DNA from: Hormiphora californensis
Taxonomy: Eukaryota > Animalia > Ctenophora
Reading direction: 5' to 3'
Assembly: GCA_020137815.1 (NCBI GenBank)
Contig: CM035350.1
Span: 1,612,001-1,676,000, forward strand
DNA length: 64,000 nt
Numbering within the stretch: position 1 is the stretch's first letter; every line of letters begins with the position of its first letter. A model generated the notes under the pieces. That model did not search any database. It was not told where the DNA came from and saw only the letters and a list, made by a program, of their open reading frames with translations. A program made the translations under genes and the position numbers. Below, piece after piece: positions 34,794 to 64,000 of the stretch.

Positions 34794-37243
34794 CCTAAAA
34801 TACACCGTAGCATTACACGCAATTTATAAAGCAAAAGCGATCTGTTTCGATAGAGAAAAAAAGTAAGTATCCCTAAACCTATTAGTATCTCCTTCTAAGG
34901 GAAGCTGTCAAAGCAGGAGATGGGGAAAAACTTGGTCAGAGAAAAGAAAATCGGTTAAAAAAGTTTCTCGACTGTCCGTCCAGCTGGGCATAATTTAAAA
35001 GAGTGGACACGCGCCGCGGCGTCAATTTTGGATTTGCGCGTTAATCAGCGAAAGTCACGCGCGGCGTCGTGTGTGAGAGATTTGGAATGTCGCGTTGGAT
35101 GAAAAGTTAAAAATATCAAGTTTTTAACATCGCACCATTCAAACTCAGTCAAATACGCATGAAATTTGTGCCCTTTTTGTCAGATGTAATTTGTCATGAA
35201 TTGTTAGCTCTTCCTAGTTTCTTAGTGTTATTCATGCCAGGCATGACCATTGCCCACGCCTCTCTTCCCCTTGCTGCTGCGTTATTATTCGTGGTAATTA
35301 GGTAGCCAGTAAGTTTAGCAAGCTGTGGTGGCTGTTCTGTTTGTTCAAGGGCTCACCACCTTATTTAGAGAGCCCCCTTGTAATTGTCAATATTACATAA
35401 TCTATTCAATCCTCTCTCTTTGAGCAGATGATGTTGCAAAGGCACCTCAGAAATGAGTTTCAAATTTCTTACTTAGCCATTCTCCTTCCAATCGAATTTA
35501 GGACCGCTTTGATGCTTTCGCTCTACCGACTACTGTAATATCTCTCCTGTCCCATTTCATTTTGGGGAGTTGTATTTCTGGTTCACGGTGCTGGGTAATA
35601 AAGGGGGGGGGGTCATGAGACTTACCACAATACAGGAAGAATGTTACAGCTGTCACATAGTATATCACATTCCCTTCCACCATCGCTGCTATTTTTCTAC
35701 TCCCTTTTTACTAATCTCTCTTTTTCACTCTCTCTCCCCTCTCTCTTTATGTTTTCAGACACACACATGATGGCTATACAGGATACAGTGTCGTGTGTTG
35801 TCTACGGCTTGCATAGCCCTCATTGGTCACCCCTCGCTCTCGTGAGATGTGTCACGTGACCTCCTTCCTGGTTCTCAATTGGTCCGGCTAGCCATCTCCC
35901 CTAGGGTGTAGAGCTGGTATATAACATATATAATAGTGACTGGTGTTTTTCCGGGGGCACATCACGTGTAATTTGTTAGCCCGCTATGTCTCATACATAC
36001 TTGGTGGTGTGTTAATCGGATTGACCCAGCTCTTTTTGCTAAGTTCCTATTATGTCGTTATCTTTCCTGGCTCTCCCTCACGCTGTGCGAAATGAAATAT
36101 TGTGAGGAGAAAGAGAGCACGCCTCTCTACTTTTGTGTGCAATTTTCTTCCTTCTTTTTTAATCAGTGTTGTTTTTAACACTTTTCTATTCCTAATTAGG
36201 TCCCACATTGGCGTTAGGTCACATACTGCTGCAGGTCCTTGGTTTAGTCGAAAGCCCACAGTTGTTGTGCTACCCTTTGCATTCTAGGAATTACCCCAGG
36301 CCCCCTCTTTCACTCTCTGATAAGCTGGACCAATCACTGCATCTTTCTCCCCTCTATCTCTCGCTTGATTCATGTGGGCGAAGTTCATTATACAGGCGGT
36401 CCGTGAAGAGGGAGAGAGATGGGAGGGAGAGAGAGAGAAAGAGAGGGGAGAGAGAATGCACGTTTGTGGTTAGGTAATGCTGTTTACGTCTCCCCCTTTT
36501 ATATGATCCGCCTCTCTGTCGGAAATTTAAATATCGTTCTTGCGTTGCATTATTATTATCCCCTGAACATTGTGAAATCACATATTTCATCCCCCCCCCC
36601 CCCCCCCCCGCTGCTACAGCTACCAGATAGTGAGAATGATTAACTGGGTGTTACACTGCGTCCCCCCTGTTGTATGGAATGTCCCCTAGACTATCTGTCT
36701 GGAATTCCTCAAGGTGTCTGCTATTATCTTTCCTAATTTCTAATTTGTTCTCTATCACATCTTCTTCCCACTCATTCCCCCACATTACCACTCTGATTGT
36801 GTTTCATTTTGTATGAACCCAGGTGTGCGGTCCTAGTAGCAGGTGGATTTGAGTTTTGTCTAGCAGTAATCATGTGACTTAATTTAGCCTTTATCTCCCA
36901 GCTTTCTCTATCTCTCTATCTTTCTCTCTTTCTCTTCTTCCCTTCTCTCTCAACAGCTGTTGTCCATCTTCATTTCTCTATCATAGAGAGAGAGAGAGAG
37001 TTCTATCCACAATAATTCAATTCACAGGAGGCTAGTGCCCCTGAAGGGTAGGACACTCCTTACATAGGATAAAATATCTCAATTTAGTAGCAGAAATAGA
37101 TCCAAATATGATTCAACCTCTCTCTCTCTCTTTCGACCTACTCAAATTTCACAGTTCTATTCTCTTCACCTGTTTGCTAGATAATATTTTATCCACTTTG
37201 ACTGTACTACGTCAGTTTACTAACCTCTTCATTACAGTACAAT

Positions 37244-39026
37244 ATGGCAATGTTATTTGACCACCCCTACATGGATGACCTATTCGATGACTTCTCCTTT
37301 GGACAGAACCGCAGTTTCTGGGACGATGATAGTGGCAAGGTACATGTTGTTGTGATAACCCGGCCCCCCCCCCCCCCCCCCTCCCCCATATATTGTGAGC
37401 TGTTCCTCACTCTAAATGTTCATTTCCCAATATAACCACACCCTGTAGGACACCTTGCAACTAGCACACATATTGCATACCCCGAGTGATACCCCATTAT
37501 ATTGAATCTTTGATCTTCCAACTAATACCCTCCTTCCTTTCTCAGCTCAACCTGGGCCTCCTACCCACACCACCCCTGTCCCCTGAACAAGACATCAAGC
37601 CCAAGATAGAAGACCTAACGGGCTCTGACTACGAGGTGGACTGGTACATGTCCGCCAACCCATCCAACTTCATTGTGAACGATAGGATTCTCTGTGATGA
37701 CCGGCTATTTGCTGATCTTGATATCAAACCCTTTACCCCGGATCCACCTGTCGCTCAGTTGATCAGACCCATCACCCCTCCCTCCCCAAAACGGAGGCGT
37801 TATGACAGTCCCCTGATCCGGGTTGATGGGGATTCACCGGTGAAGAAGTTCACTTTGGGCAGCTGGCCTACCACTACATCGATTAAGGAGGAGAGAATGT
37901 CTCCCCCACCCATGCTGATGGAAATGGACCCACCCCACCAGCCGATCTGTACCCAACAACCATCCCATCACTTCCTGGAGCCACAGTTGGATCATCATCC
38001 TGTCAAGGAGGAGATTCTCGATATCTCTACAATCTTGGTGAGTGGTGTTTTAATATTTGTGGCGGGGGGATCATGTCATTGTCAAGTTAGAAATTTCCCA
38101 TCATCATCTGATGATGTTGGGAAATTTTTAATTTGGGTCTGAGTTTGTCGGAGATAGCCTAGTGTGAACTGTGAAGTGATAGAAAATGAAATTGAGAGAA
38201 CAAGAGAAATAAAGTAAGAGAGAGAGGATGACAGATAATGAAATATTGGGGGTGACAAAAAGTTTCAATTGGGGGCACAGTGAGAGAAATAATACAATTA
38301 CTGTGCTGATGTGATCGTACCAAGAACAGGGCGTCCCTTGGTGAACTGAGTGATGTGTGTCTGACTCTAATTTTGTCACAAATCATATCTTCCCCCTCCC
38401 TGCACATGTCTGAGTGACGGTACTAATTCCACGTCTCACTTTTTATCTTTCTCACAGGGAGATGTGATCGGGAAGGGTACACCGTCCAGCCATGATGAAG
38501 ATGGAGATGAGGAAGCTGATTTGAAATCGTTGGTGTCCGTGAAAGATGAAGTTGTGGAGGTGAAGAAAGGTAGATGTTTGTTTAGAATTTTTATACCCCC
38601 GTGCCCTCTCTCATACTTTCAATTTCTCTCTCTCTCTCTCTCCATTGACCCTATAACAATACTTCACATGTTCTCCACATGCCGCCTCTCTGTCTTTGTT
38701 GTTTCTATCGTCTTCTTTCTTTCTCTCATTCCCTCCCTCTCTCTCTCCATACATGTTCCTGACCCGGCCCCAAAACACTACTCTGTGGTGACAGGATGCA
38801 TATGAGAAATTGTAGTCTGCACGTGAGTTAGATGCAGAATGAATAAGGGAGAGAGAGAGACAGAATGAATAGGGGAGAGGGAGAGACAGCTATACGATGT
38901 ACGGTGATTTGTTTCCTTAACTGGCTATTTGCCAGCCAAAGTACACACATGGCTGGCTATATTTGTGAGACGGTGGCTGCCCTCAATACACAACTCTCTC
39001 TCTCATTCTATGTCTTTATCTCCCTC

Positions 39027-39088
<62 letters not shown>

Positions 39089-40825
39089 CATCGGGTTGCT
39101 TCCTGGTGTGTTATTTGTCTCGGGCTTGTCTAGGTCCCGACAGCTGGTTTCACCCGCTACCCCCAAAATTGAAGGACAGAGCGGGGAGGGGTGAATTCAA
39201 ATGGCGTGTCGACTAATAGTCCAGGTTAATTAATATATACCTGCTGGTGAATAATGTGCGCCCACAGGCGTTTACCAATCACTGGATTTGCTTGTAGGGG
39301 GAGGGGGTTCTAGTAGAGAGAGAGGGAGTTGTAGGAGAGAGGGTCAGATAATTTGTTATAATGTAGTAGGGGGAGATAAAGAATGTTATGGAAATATGTA
39401 GACTGTGAACGTGTGAAACGGTATTCCCAGCTGCTGCTGCATATAATGCCGAATAATCTGCTATTACATCTATTAATTTTATTTCTCGTATGTGAGCTGG
39501 TGAGGCGAGCATGGTATCAAGTTCAGTAGTATTGAAAACCGCAGTACTGCAGCTAGAGGAGGGGGGTAAAGTAGATTACTGAGATGTGATGGATTGCTAT
39601 CGAATCAGCTAGGGAGAAAGGACTGCCCTGAGGCTCCCCATCAGCTGCAATGATATCGATATTGTTCATTCTGTGAAGACTGCCGCCCCTAGGGGTCAAT
39701 GCTCCCCAAATATTGGGACTTCAGCCAGTGAACCTCAAGGGTCCCTCCCTCGTGTTGTTATAGGGTGACAGTGAAATATTGTTTTGGTTAGGAGCCCTAC
39801 TACTATTACCGATCATTTAAATACCCTCCCTTCACTGCCAACAGTCAAATGATAATCATTCCATTCATCGAATTTTGATGAGGGATGTGGCCATCGTCAT
39901 GAATCGAGGCAAAATAACGGGAGATAATTTGCAGACGTAATTGATTTACTGCACCTAGAACTTACCCTCCAGTCTGGGGTATTCAGTAACAAAGAGGGTC
40001 TCTCCCTCTCACTCTTCTCTCTGCACACCATGAACCGGGGGTGGGTGGAGATCCTAGAATAAACTGCCCCCTTTTTTAATATGTCTCTCCCTCTCCCTTT
40101 ATGATTATCTCTCACTCTATTTCTCTCCCTCTCACTCTCCTTCATATATAATCATGGCCTCAGTGCTTGTCTGTAAAGCTCCACCCACCTATTCATGTTT
40201 TACTCTCCCGTCCGACTACCAGTCTCTGCCGTATGTGTCATTCCGTAAAAAGAATGCATAAAATATTCGCCCTTTCTTTGAAAAACAATGGATTATGTTT
40301 CACCCCAGTCCCCATTTAGCTTACTATCACCTCTACTATGCCCCCTCTCTAACATTCCTTTCTCCCTTCCCAGAGGTAAAACAAGAACCAAGTGCAGAAG
40401 ACGTCCTGACATCCCTTGCTCTCAATACCTTCCAACCCAAGCAGCCCTCCTACCCCAGTTCCGTTCACCTTCACCCTGAATCTGAGGAGTGTACCGAGGA
40501 GTGTGTGAAGCGACAAGCCCATGTGTTCTTGGAACGAAAACGCAGGAACGACCTCAACAAGCACTACGCGAGTTTAAAGGATGAGGTACCGACAATATCT
40601 GACAGCGACAAAGTTAGCAAGGTTCTCATCTTAAAGCGGGCAGCAGAATACATCACTACAGTGCAGGAGGACGAGGTAGCTCTAAAGGAGGAGATCAGGG
40701 CAGAACGGAGCAGGCAGCGGAACCTGATAAACAAGTTCAAACTGCTCTACAAGATTACACACAAGAAACAGAAAGTCAATGACGTCACGAGTGATGTCAC
40801 TAGTGACGATGTATTGGAACTGTAG
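37244..40825 (+). CDS. MYC: Myc bHLH-ZIP transcription factor. Exons 37244-37339, 37546-38037, 38458-38569, 40374-40825
   Basis: Myc box I LLPTPPLSP, acidic box, and C-terminal KRQAHVFLERKRRNDLN...LKDEVP...KVSKVLILKRAAEYI plus zipper; splice phases are consistent. Confidence 0.9.
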
Positions 40826-43800
40826 ACACAGTTGATATATATTAGCGAACAATTAGGTAAATTATTGACAAGTGTGCTTTAATCGTGACCAATTTGTGAG
40901 AAGGAGAGAAGGAGAAGGGAGTTTCTAGTAGAACTTCCAGTAGAAGAATTCTTTTTGCTGAGGGAAAAGAGAAAGAAATGGGCTATGTTGAAGGAAGGAG
41001 ATGGAGCAAAGAAATAATTTCTAGCTTCCCGACCAATATATTTGTTTGTCTGCTGAGCAGCTGATATCTATATTGCCTCAGTGTTATTGCCTACAACTTA
41101 TTGGAGTCAGACATCAGGATTCAGAAGAGAGAATTATAAGGGTGTGTGTTTTGTCATTATTAGACAATCAAGGTGTTTTCTATAGTGACAGGGTGTGTGA
41201 AGGGTGTGTGTGACTAAATTATTAAGTGTGTTTTCTACCTTATACCTTTGTTAATTTATTATACTGCAATGTGTTACAAGATGTTGATGCCTTTACAGCG
41301 AGTTCAACTATTTTCAGATAGGATTGTGTTTGCTGTATGCTAGTTCATAAAATGCACCTTGTAACAATTGTGGAGAGAGAGAAAGGGAGGGAGAGAGTGT
41401 TGCTGAGAGAGAGATTGTGTTAAGATATTAAGTCCAAAAGTTCTAAAATTTATGTACCTTATTGCTGCGCTATTCGTGAAAAAGTTCAATCTTATGCAAC
41501 CTTGTAAATTGTATGTAAATTATATCCCCGGGAGAGAGAGAGAGAGAGAGAGAGAAAAGAGAGGGAGAGAGAGAATTGTGTGTGTCTACTCTAGTATGAA
41601 ATATCATACGTTATAACCTATACAACTTAGTGTGCATTTTAAACCAACTTATAGTGAGACACATTGTTTTAGTTTTACAAAGTGTAAAACAAGTCATTTA
41701 TTTTCCCATATTTTTATACACAGGTGCAATATTGCTAACCACCCTCTGACCCACTTTCATTTGTTAAATCCAACCTTCTTGGAATATGGATTGTGGTTCA
41801 AAGAGTTAGCTATTTTTCTTTAGCCTTCATTTATATGATATATTACCTCCTATCAAATCGACCTTTATATACGCATCATATTCTCTATTGTATGTTTTAT
41901 TAGCTTTGTTCCAAAAGCAAACGTTACGGACCTTCAGGTTTTTAGGTTTTTTCACAGCCGCGAGATCTTTGTTCCCTTAGATCCCTGTTAGTTTTGTGCT
42001 GTATGTGGACCGATCTGTGTTCAGTGCAGCTTCACAACTTGTTAACAGGTCTATATGAAGGGTTCAAACTTTCCCGCTGCTTATTTCTGTTCGTATTTGG
42101 GTCGGGTATACTGTCGTTGGATATAAGACTGGGTAATACCCAGTGGGTATATTTGTTAGGGCCAATACGCTCTAACAAAGTTTTTGTGGACGTTTTTGCA
42201 AAAAATTCACCGTGTGTGACCGAGTTGTTTTGGGTGTACCACTTTTTGTGTGTATGTACTGTGTGCAGCTACTATAATTGCTATATTACTTATCTCTAGG
42301 TTTTATTGTTTTTGCAACAATCAACTTCTTGTTAGACCAACTTAAATTGCTGTTTTTTCTTTTGATACGGATCGGCGGTGGGGACTTGGATGGCTAGTTA
42401 TCTCTAGGAGGTCTCGGACCTCGGTAGTAAAACCAGTGAATACGGAATGATCATTAGAGGCACTGTGGGTCCCACCTGAATATGTCATGGTGCGGTGGCA
42501 TAGCTTGAATATCATTCGTCTCACGTGTGCAACAATAGATCAGATTGGCGTGACTCCAGATACCTTGTTTTTCAACCCCATCCACTCAACACTCATGATT
42601 GACTCAACCCCCTCACCAATTAACAGCAATACATCCCCCCAATATATATGGTGCATGAGCGATATTGGATATATTGAGATAGCCCTGCGGCTCTACTCCC
42701 CCTCGACCCAGTTACAGGGTTTAATATATTGAGTGCACTGGCCATGAAGTAATACTGCTGCAGCAGTATTGAACAAGGGAGAGGTAATTGAATTTCCTTA
42801 TCCATCCTTGTCTCGTTCACGATCATTTTCCGCCAATTCACCGTCTTTCATCATCACCCCCCCCCCCCCCTCTTTTATCGAACTTCGTTTCTCACAGTCA
42901 CTCATCATCACCCATCAAATGCAATAGTTTTCCCAGGACTGTTTTTTGTAATGTTTCCCCCTCTCTCCTACCTACCTAGACCGATAAGCAGTACAGGAGC
43001 CATGATGATAGGGGCATTCTTGTCTGGCATGAAGCCAAAACAAATACCCCCCCCCCCCCCGGCCCCCCGGCCCCCCCCCCCCTTGTAACGTATAATAGCC
43101 CCACGGTTTAAGATGACGAGGACCCGTTTAAAATATATCCCATTATCCCCCTACTTGATCAATATAATTGACATGATTCCAAGAGGGTGAGGTAGAAAAT
43201 TGGCCATTATACACAGTGAGGCCGACATCGCTCTCTTAGTTTCTTTCTTTCTGAGTTCATTCCTCTCTTTCTCAGCCATAACAATTAACTAGAAACGAAA
43301 GGGTCGTGCTAGGTCAAGCCATAACAAACCGAATCTAACTATTGGCCCAAAACTTCGTAGTTTCGACCAGCTTGTTTGGGTACCACAATACCACCAAATC
43401 CCAGACACCTTCCAAACTAATTACTATAATTATTAATTCTTTCTGTTTAAATCTGCCCTAAATATTACAGGACAGTCTAACAGTTTAACAACATGTTTAC
43501 GTTTAGTTGTAACGGCTCCTACTATTTATCATAGATTCTAGATGCCTCTATCCTTCTCTCTCCTCTCTCTCTCTCTCCTCTCTCACTCTCTGCCAGGGCT
43601 CACAGGACAGGCGTGCAGGGAAAACACCGCGTAAAATCTAAAAGTAAATCATTCCAATGAGTGAAACTTCGGTGGCTTTTCATCATGCACAAAAAACATT
43701 AGCCGTGCGGTGTGTGCGTCTTGGTGACTCTTTCTATGAGAGACATCATATGACCATCTCTTCTGTCTCAGTCCCACCAGAGTTTTCAGTCCTGCAGCGG

Positions 43801-44600
43801 TTATATATATCACTCATTCTTTAATAGCAGTCTCTCTCTTTCTTTCTTTCTCTGTCTCTCTCTGTCTCTCTCTGTCTCTCTCTGTCTCTCTCTGTCTCTC
43901 TGTCTCTCTCTCTCTCTCTCTCTCACCCACACACGGCGCACGAGGAAGTGCTGGCTAAGCGGTCAGTCTAGTCGCTCACCTCGCCAGTCTGGCCCCAGCA
44001 GCAGCAGGTGACCGTGCAGTAATGCTGCAGCCGACACTAGCACTTCTGCCTAGTGAACTGCTCCTGTTACGGTTACAGATTTAGGTCGTGAGAAAGAGAG
44101 AGAGTTAATTAGGAGGACGTTAGAGAGAAAATAGGATTCCAGAGAGATAAGTCTGCAACATGAACAGGGACGGGTACCAAAGTAGGGGTGGGAGAGATAA
44201 TAGCGAGAAGAGGGGGAAGTGAGTGAGGGGAACAAGGGAGAAAGAGGAGAGGGTGAGGTTATTTTTAGCAGTCTCGTGTGCGGATAGGCTGGCCCATGCT
44301 GCTGGGAGACAGCCGTCAAATGTTCTCACACACCCTACAAATGTGGGTTCCCCTCTATTTCTCTCTCCGAGACTTTACTGTCGCCCTGCAACTCCTATCA
44401 GTATCTACTATACTACCTTCTGGCCCTCTCTCACGACTCTCTCTCTAGCTGCCTCTCTCACTCTCTCTAGCTCACTCTGTTTCTCTCCCTCGCTCGATCT
44501 ATCTATCTCCCACTACAAACAGTATGACTATCATGAGTCATGAGGGGGTCGCATGGTTGTGGTATCTTGTGTGAAGACGTCTGTCATCATGCTCATTACC

Positions 44601-44740
<140 letters not shown>

Positions 44741-44919
44741 GCCGTTCTACCTAGGGTTTCCTGAATATGTGTCATGTGCGTCTATATATTTCAATAGTTC
44801 CAGAGAGATATCGCAATAAAGAAGGGTACATGGGAAACACAGTAACTCCCCCTACTCAACAACCTACTTTGGCCTAGTGGGATGTATCAAAATATGCGAA
44901 GGCTGTCAGGCCTTGTTGG

Positions 44920-45345
44920 TAAGGGGTCAGTCAGGCCAATGTACTGACAGTGGAAGGCCTGTTAATTTTTCTTCACGCTTTTGAATCTCTCATAAAAATC
45001 CTACTACCTCAGGTAATACCTGCACCAGATGCGGCTGCGGAGGCACTGTGATCATATTAAATATGACCTAGACATGGAGAACTAGGAATATATTCAAACT
45101 CATATATCCTGGCCTTCACATTACAACACATTGTATATTCAAAAGTGGATTTACCACACCCATCTAGGAGTTTTTGTTTTTCCAAGAACTCTCTCAAGAA
45201 CGTGTTCCACTGTCAGAGCATCGGCCTGAACTGTGGTCAGAGCATTGGCCTGACAGGTGTTCCAAGCATTGCCTGACAGGTTCCACTGTCAGAGCATCGG
45301 CCTGAACTGTGGTCAGAGCATTGGCCTGACAGGTGTTCCAATGGA
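44920..45345. repeat. Decayed inverted-repeat element with a ~75-bp tandem duplication
   Basis: GTCAGGCCAATGTACTGACAGTGGAA inverted against TTCCACTGTCAGAGCATCGGCCTGA (two copies). A related AGAGCATTGGCCTGACAG occurs at ~1559. Confidence 0.5.
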
Positions 45346-46418
45346 ACTTCCATGATCTAATTCAAAACAAGTTGTTTTCTCAAATGAAATCAATAAACTG
45401 ACGGGATACATAGAACAGTTAACACACGTACAAATTCACTCACTTACTAATATTAATAACTCACTTACTAATAACTCACTTGGGACGTTCCAAGTCCAAA
45501 TGCGATTGCAGTCGTATTGACCAAAAATGGAGATACAACCCACGTAATTTGGAATTGGAACCAGGGGGTAAAAGGGGGGGGGGGTAAAATATGGTTGCTG
45601 GGGGGTTGATTATGTACAAAACGGGGGATTACAAACTCTCTCAATAACAACTAAACATTGTGTCCATTTAAATGAGATAGGGAGGGATGTAACTAATCAT
45701 GCGGGGATTTTGATTTACTGTAAATTGGTTTAGATGAAAGGTGTATGTTCTAAACCTCTTTTTACATTTGTAAAAGAGGGTCGAACAAGGCAAGGTCTCT
45801 CTGATCTAGACCAAAGCTAAATGAACTAACTATTTCAAAAGAGGTAAAAGTGCTATAAAAATGATGTAAAAGAATGTTGATACATTTGGGAGGCATTCTG
45901 CTAGTTTAGAGAACGGTCACAATAGGACCGGCCTTTTAGCAGCTGGCAGGGTGTCAATGGCACCCAATATCAGGCCAGTGACACCCTAGATAGTCGCCCA
46001 AATAGATCCTAAACCTACACTCACAACTTGCTAGTAACAGTACACAGTGTGTACTACTCAGGTACAGATAAAGGAAGATCACACAAAATATCCTACAAAT
46101 CCTTGAAAAACTTTCGTTGCTTTTTTCCCCGCAAAGATCTATGTCTTTATGTAAAATCACTCACTCACACAAACAAATTGTAGTACAAACCCAAATATTA
46201 CGTGTTGGTTACCTTCAAAAAACGAGAAAAGCTAACAGAAACACACCTTTCATAGAGCACACCACGTGTTGCACATGAGTGATTACACGTTGTGGAAAGG
46301 TGCTGGGATTTGTGTATAAAAACTGGCATTCGTAGAGCTGCATGGCTACGAATTGAGGGGGGCGGATGGGGAATATTACTGATACAACAAAAGAAAGAGT
46401 TCTAAATAGATCAGTGGG

Positions 46419-62209
<15,791 letters not shown>

Positions 62210-63141
62210 CTTAACTGTAGGAGACAAATTAATGACATTTAGTGACGTTGGTATATTCAGTGAAAATCAATTTATTGCAGAATTTAATTTTTCTCTGAAG
62301 TATGATAGGGAAGTAAAGAGTTATCAGATAAGTTTTTCAGAAAATAAGAAAAGAAGTCTGTGCTCCGATGAAATGCTGTTATGTTTTGCCGCGGAACGCG
62401 GGCATACTGATAGAAGGTGCTCATACTGCTTATATCAAGTAAAGTCCGTTTCAAGCGACTTGACCCGTAATTCTTGGAATTTGGCGCATTGCGTGTGTAT
62501 TTACAAAGGGGAAATCCTGAATTTCCAGGAATCTCAGGTCAAGTCGTTTGAAACGCAGTTTAGATAGAGAACAACGCTCTACTGCTGGCAAATTTGAATA
62601 AAATGCCACTAGAGCAACTGCAATATCCGTACTCCTGAGGAGTCTCATGATCGTCACTGGACGTGAAAAGAGTATGCTTGTACAAGTTATAGATGGTAAA
62701 TCAGAGGAAATTGTTGCCTTGTTTAGTAGCGTTAAACATGTTGTTCTAAACGTTGATTAACCACAAGAAACGAAACGGAAACGGGACGGAGAACTGAAAA
62801 GTAAAACAACTCAAACAAAAAACTTTTTTATCACGACCGGACTTGCAGCTGCGCGCGCGGTAAATGCATCGGTAAATGATTTAAGCTCGCCGACGCCATA
62901 TAATGCGGCGCAACAAAACACCTTAATTTGACCACACTTTTTATTTATTTCCGGAATTTCGCAAAAACATCAAAACAAAGTTTTTTTTGCAAAATTATTG
63001 TCCGTTTGCGGTTTGCCTGATCCCTTAAGGCCATCCGTCATCGATAGGACCTATTTGAGATCCTATCATACTTGTTAAATCAGCCGTCAGGTGTATTTAT
63101 TAATTCATTGTTGTACTATCATTATTTTCTAGCCCATAAAC

Positions 63142-64000
63142 ATGGCGGCTCAATCGGGGCTCACGCTTCAAATGTACAGCAAGTAAGTTTGTTTGCAACA
63201 GCTGTACTTTCTATGAAGTTTTCTGCTGAAATTTCGTCCTGAATTACTGTTAACCCTTTTCCATGGCCTCAGGACGAAGTCTCCTTCCCACCAAAAGCTG
63301 GCAGAGAAGCTCATCATTCTGAACGAAAGAGCAGAGGGTTTACTTACCCGTCTCCACTACAGCAAACAGGTATTAAGAGGAACACTTGGGATCTAATGAT
63401 TGCATTGATTGGAGTCTGGGAATTGGGATCCCACGCATGCGATTTTTGTTTGTGGGAGATACCTCGTCACCATCGGAATCATAAACATAGCTATTCTGTT
63501 GTTTAAAGATCATTTTATTCTCCAGAGCTGTAGGGAAGCCAGAACCTGTCCACCATGTCTAACAGAAAAGAGCTTTGAGGGACTGGTTAAGACCATCAAC
63601 GGGAAGTTCCCCAAGTTAGACCGACCTAAGAACACACTCCAAGGAATGAACCTGGGTAATGCGAACAAGAATGAGATCCGGCAACACCTCCAGGTAATTC
63701 AATCACATCTTCCAAACTGCAAACAGTGCCTCGCTACTATCTATCTGTATAATACAACAACAGTTCATTTATCTGACAAACCCAGACTCTATAAATAGTT
63801 GCGCCTCTGTGATCTCGGGTTGCCTCGACGGTCGACTCTGTCTCTCTAACAGATTATACCAAATTTCAGGTGCATTACAACACATTCCTGGATATTCTCG
63901 AGTTAAAACAATGTACTATGGAGCTTCTTACGAGGATCAGTGCTGACGCTATGTCGTTTGACATTAATCTAAACTTCTCTGTGACCGCTAATTTTCTTGA
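63142..64000 (+). CDS. NCKAP1: Nck-associated protein 1 (Nap1/HEM, WAVE regulatory complex), 5' part. Exons 63142-63182, 63273-63369, 63526-63693, 63870-end
   Basis: PSHQKLAEKLIILNERAEGLLTRL, KFP, HYNTFLDILELK...FDINLNFSVTANFL. Confidence 0.92.

Noticed and set aside
33587-34805. ALG3 (also BBS9, TTC30 and SLC17 copy 2) as pseudogenes
   Set aside because: Only isolated +1 insertions with a merged-allele signature; otherwise fully conserved with no nonsense codons.
35853-35968. CACGTG E-boxes upstream of Myc as autoregulatory sites
   Set aside because: CACGTG/TCACGTGA occurs throughout the window; enrichment cannot be shown by eye.

Overview
Gene-dense eukaryotic (animal-like) genomic DNA with short spliceosomal introns, many (GA)n microsatellites and MITEs. 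The style suggests a ctenophore or other non-bilaterian, but that is inference only. Genes were assembled by hand from splice sites. Minus strand: BBS9 (partial), NDOR1, a KATNBL1-like gene, a DCST1/2-like gene, SGT1, TTC30/IFT70, ALG3 and CYRI/FAM49. Plus strand: a carboxylesterase 3' end, tRNA-Gly(TCC), four SLC17-like transporters, a GGAYPP-repeat membrane protein, Myc, a papain-family protease with an ShKT-like tail, and NCKAP1 (partial). Five features stand out. (1) Antisense genes are nested in introns, including a four-gene SLC17 array inside one 9.3-kb NDOR1 intron. (2) A complete protease gene sits inside a TA-flanked TIR element between ~184-bp direct repeats (Pack-TIR-like). (3) Two runs of co-oriented genes have 167-304 bp spacers and unpaired splice acceptors just before the ATG, making them candidate trans-spliced operons. 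(4) Myc and CYRI are linked convergently as in vertebrates, and CYRI is head-to-head with NCKAP1. (5) Recurrent +1 frameshifts look like both alleles of a SNP written into the consensus. Regions ~58060-58700 and ~59980-61030 look like low-quality sequence. Gene names rest on remembered family motifs, not database searches.
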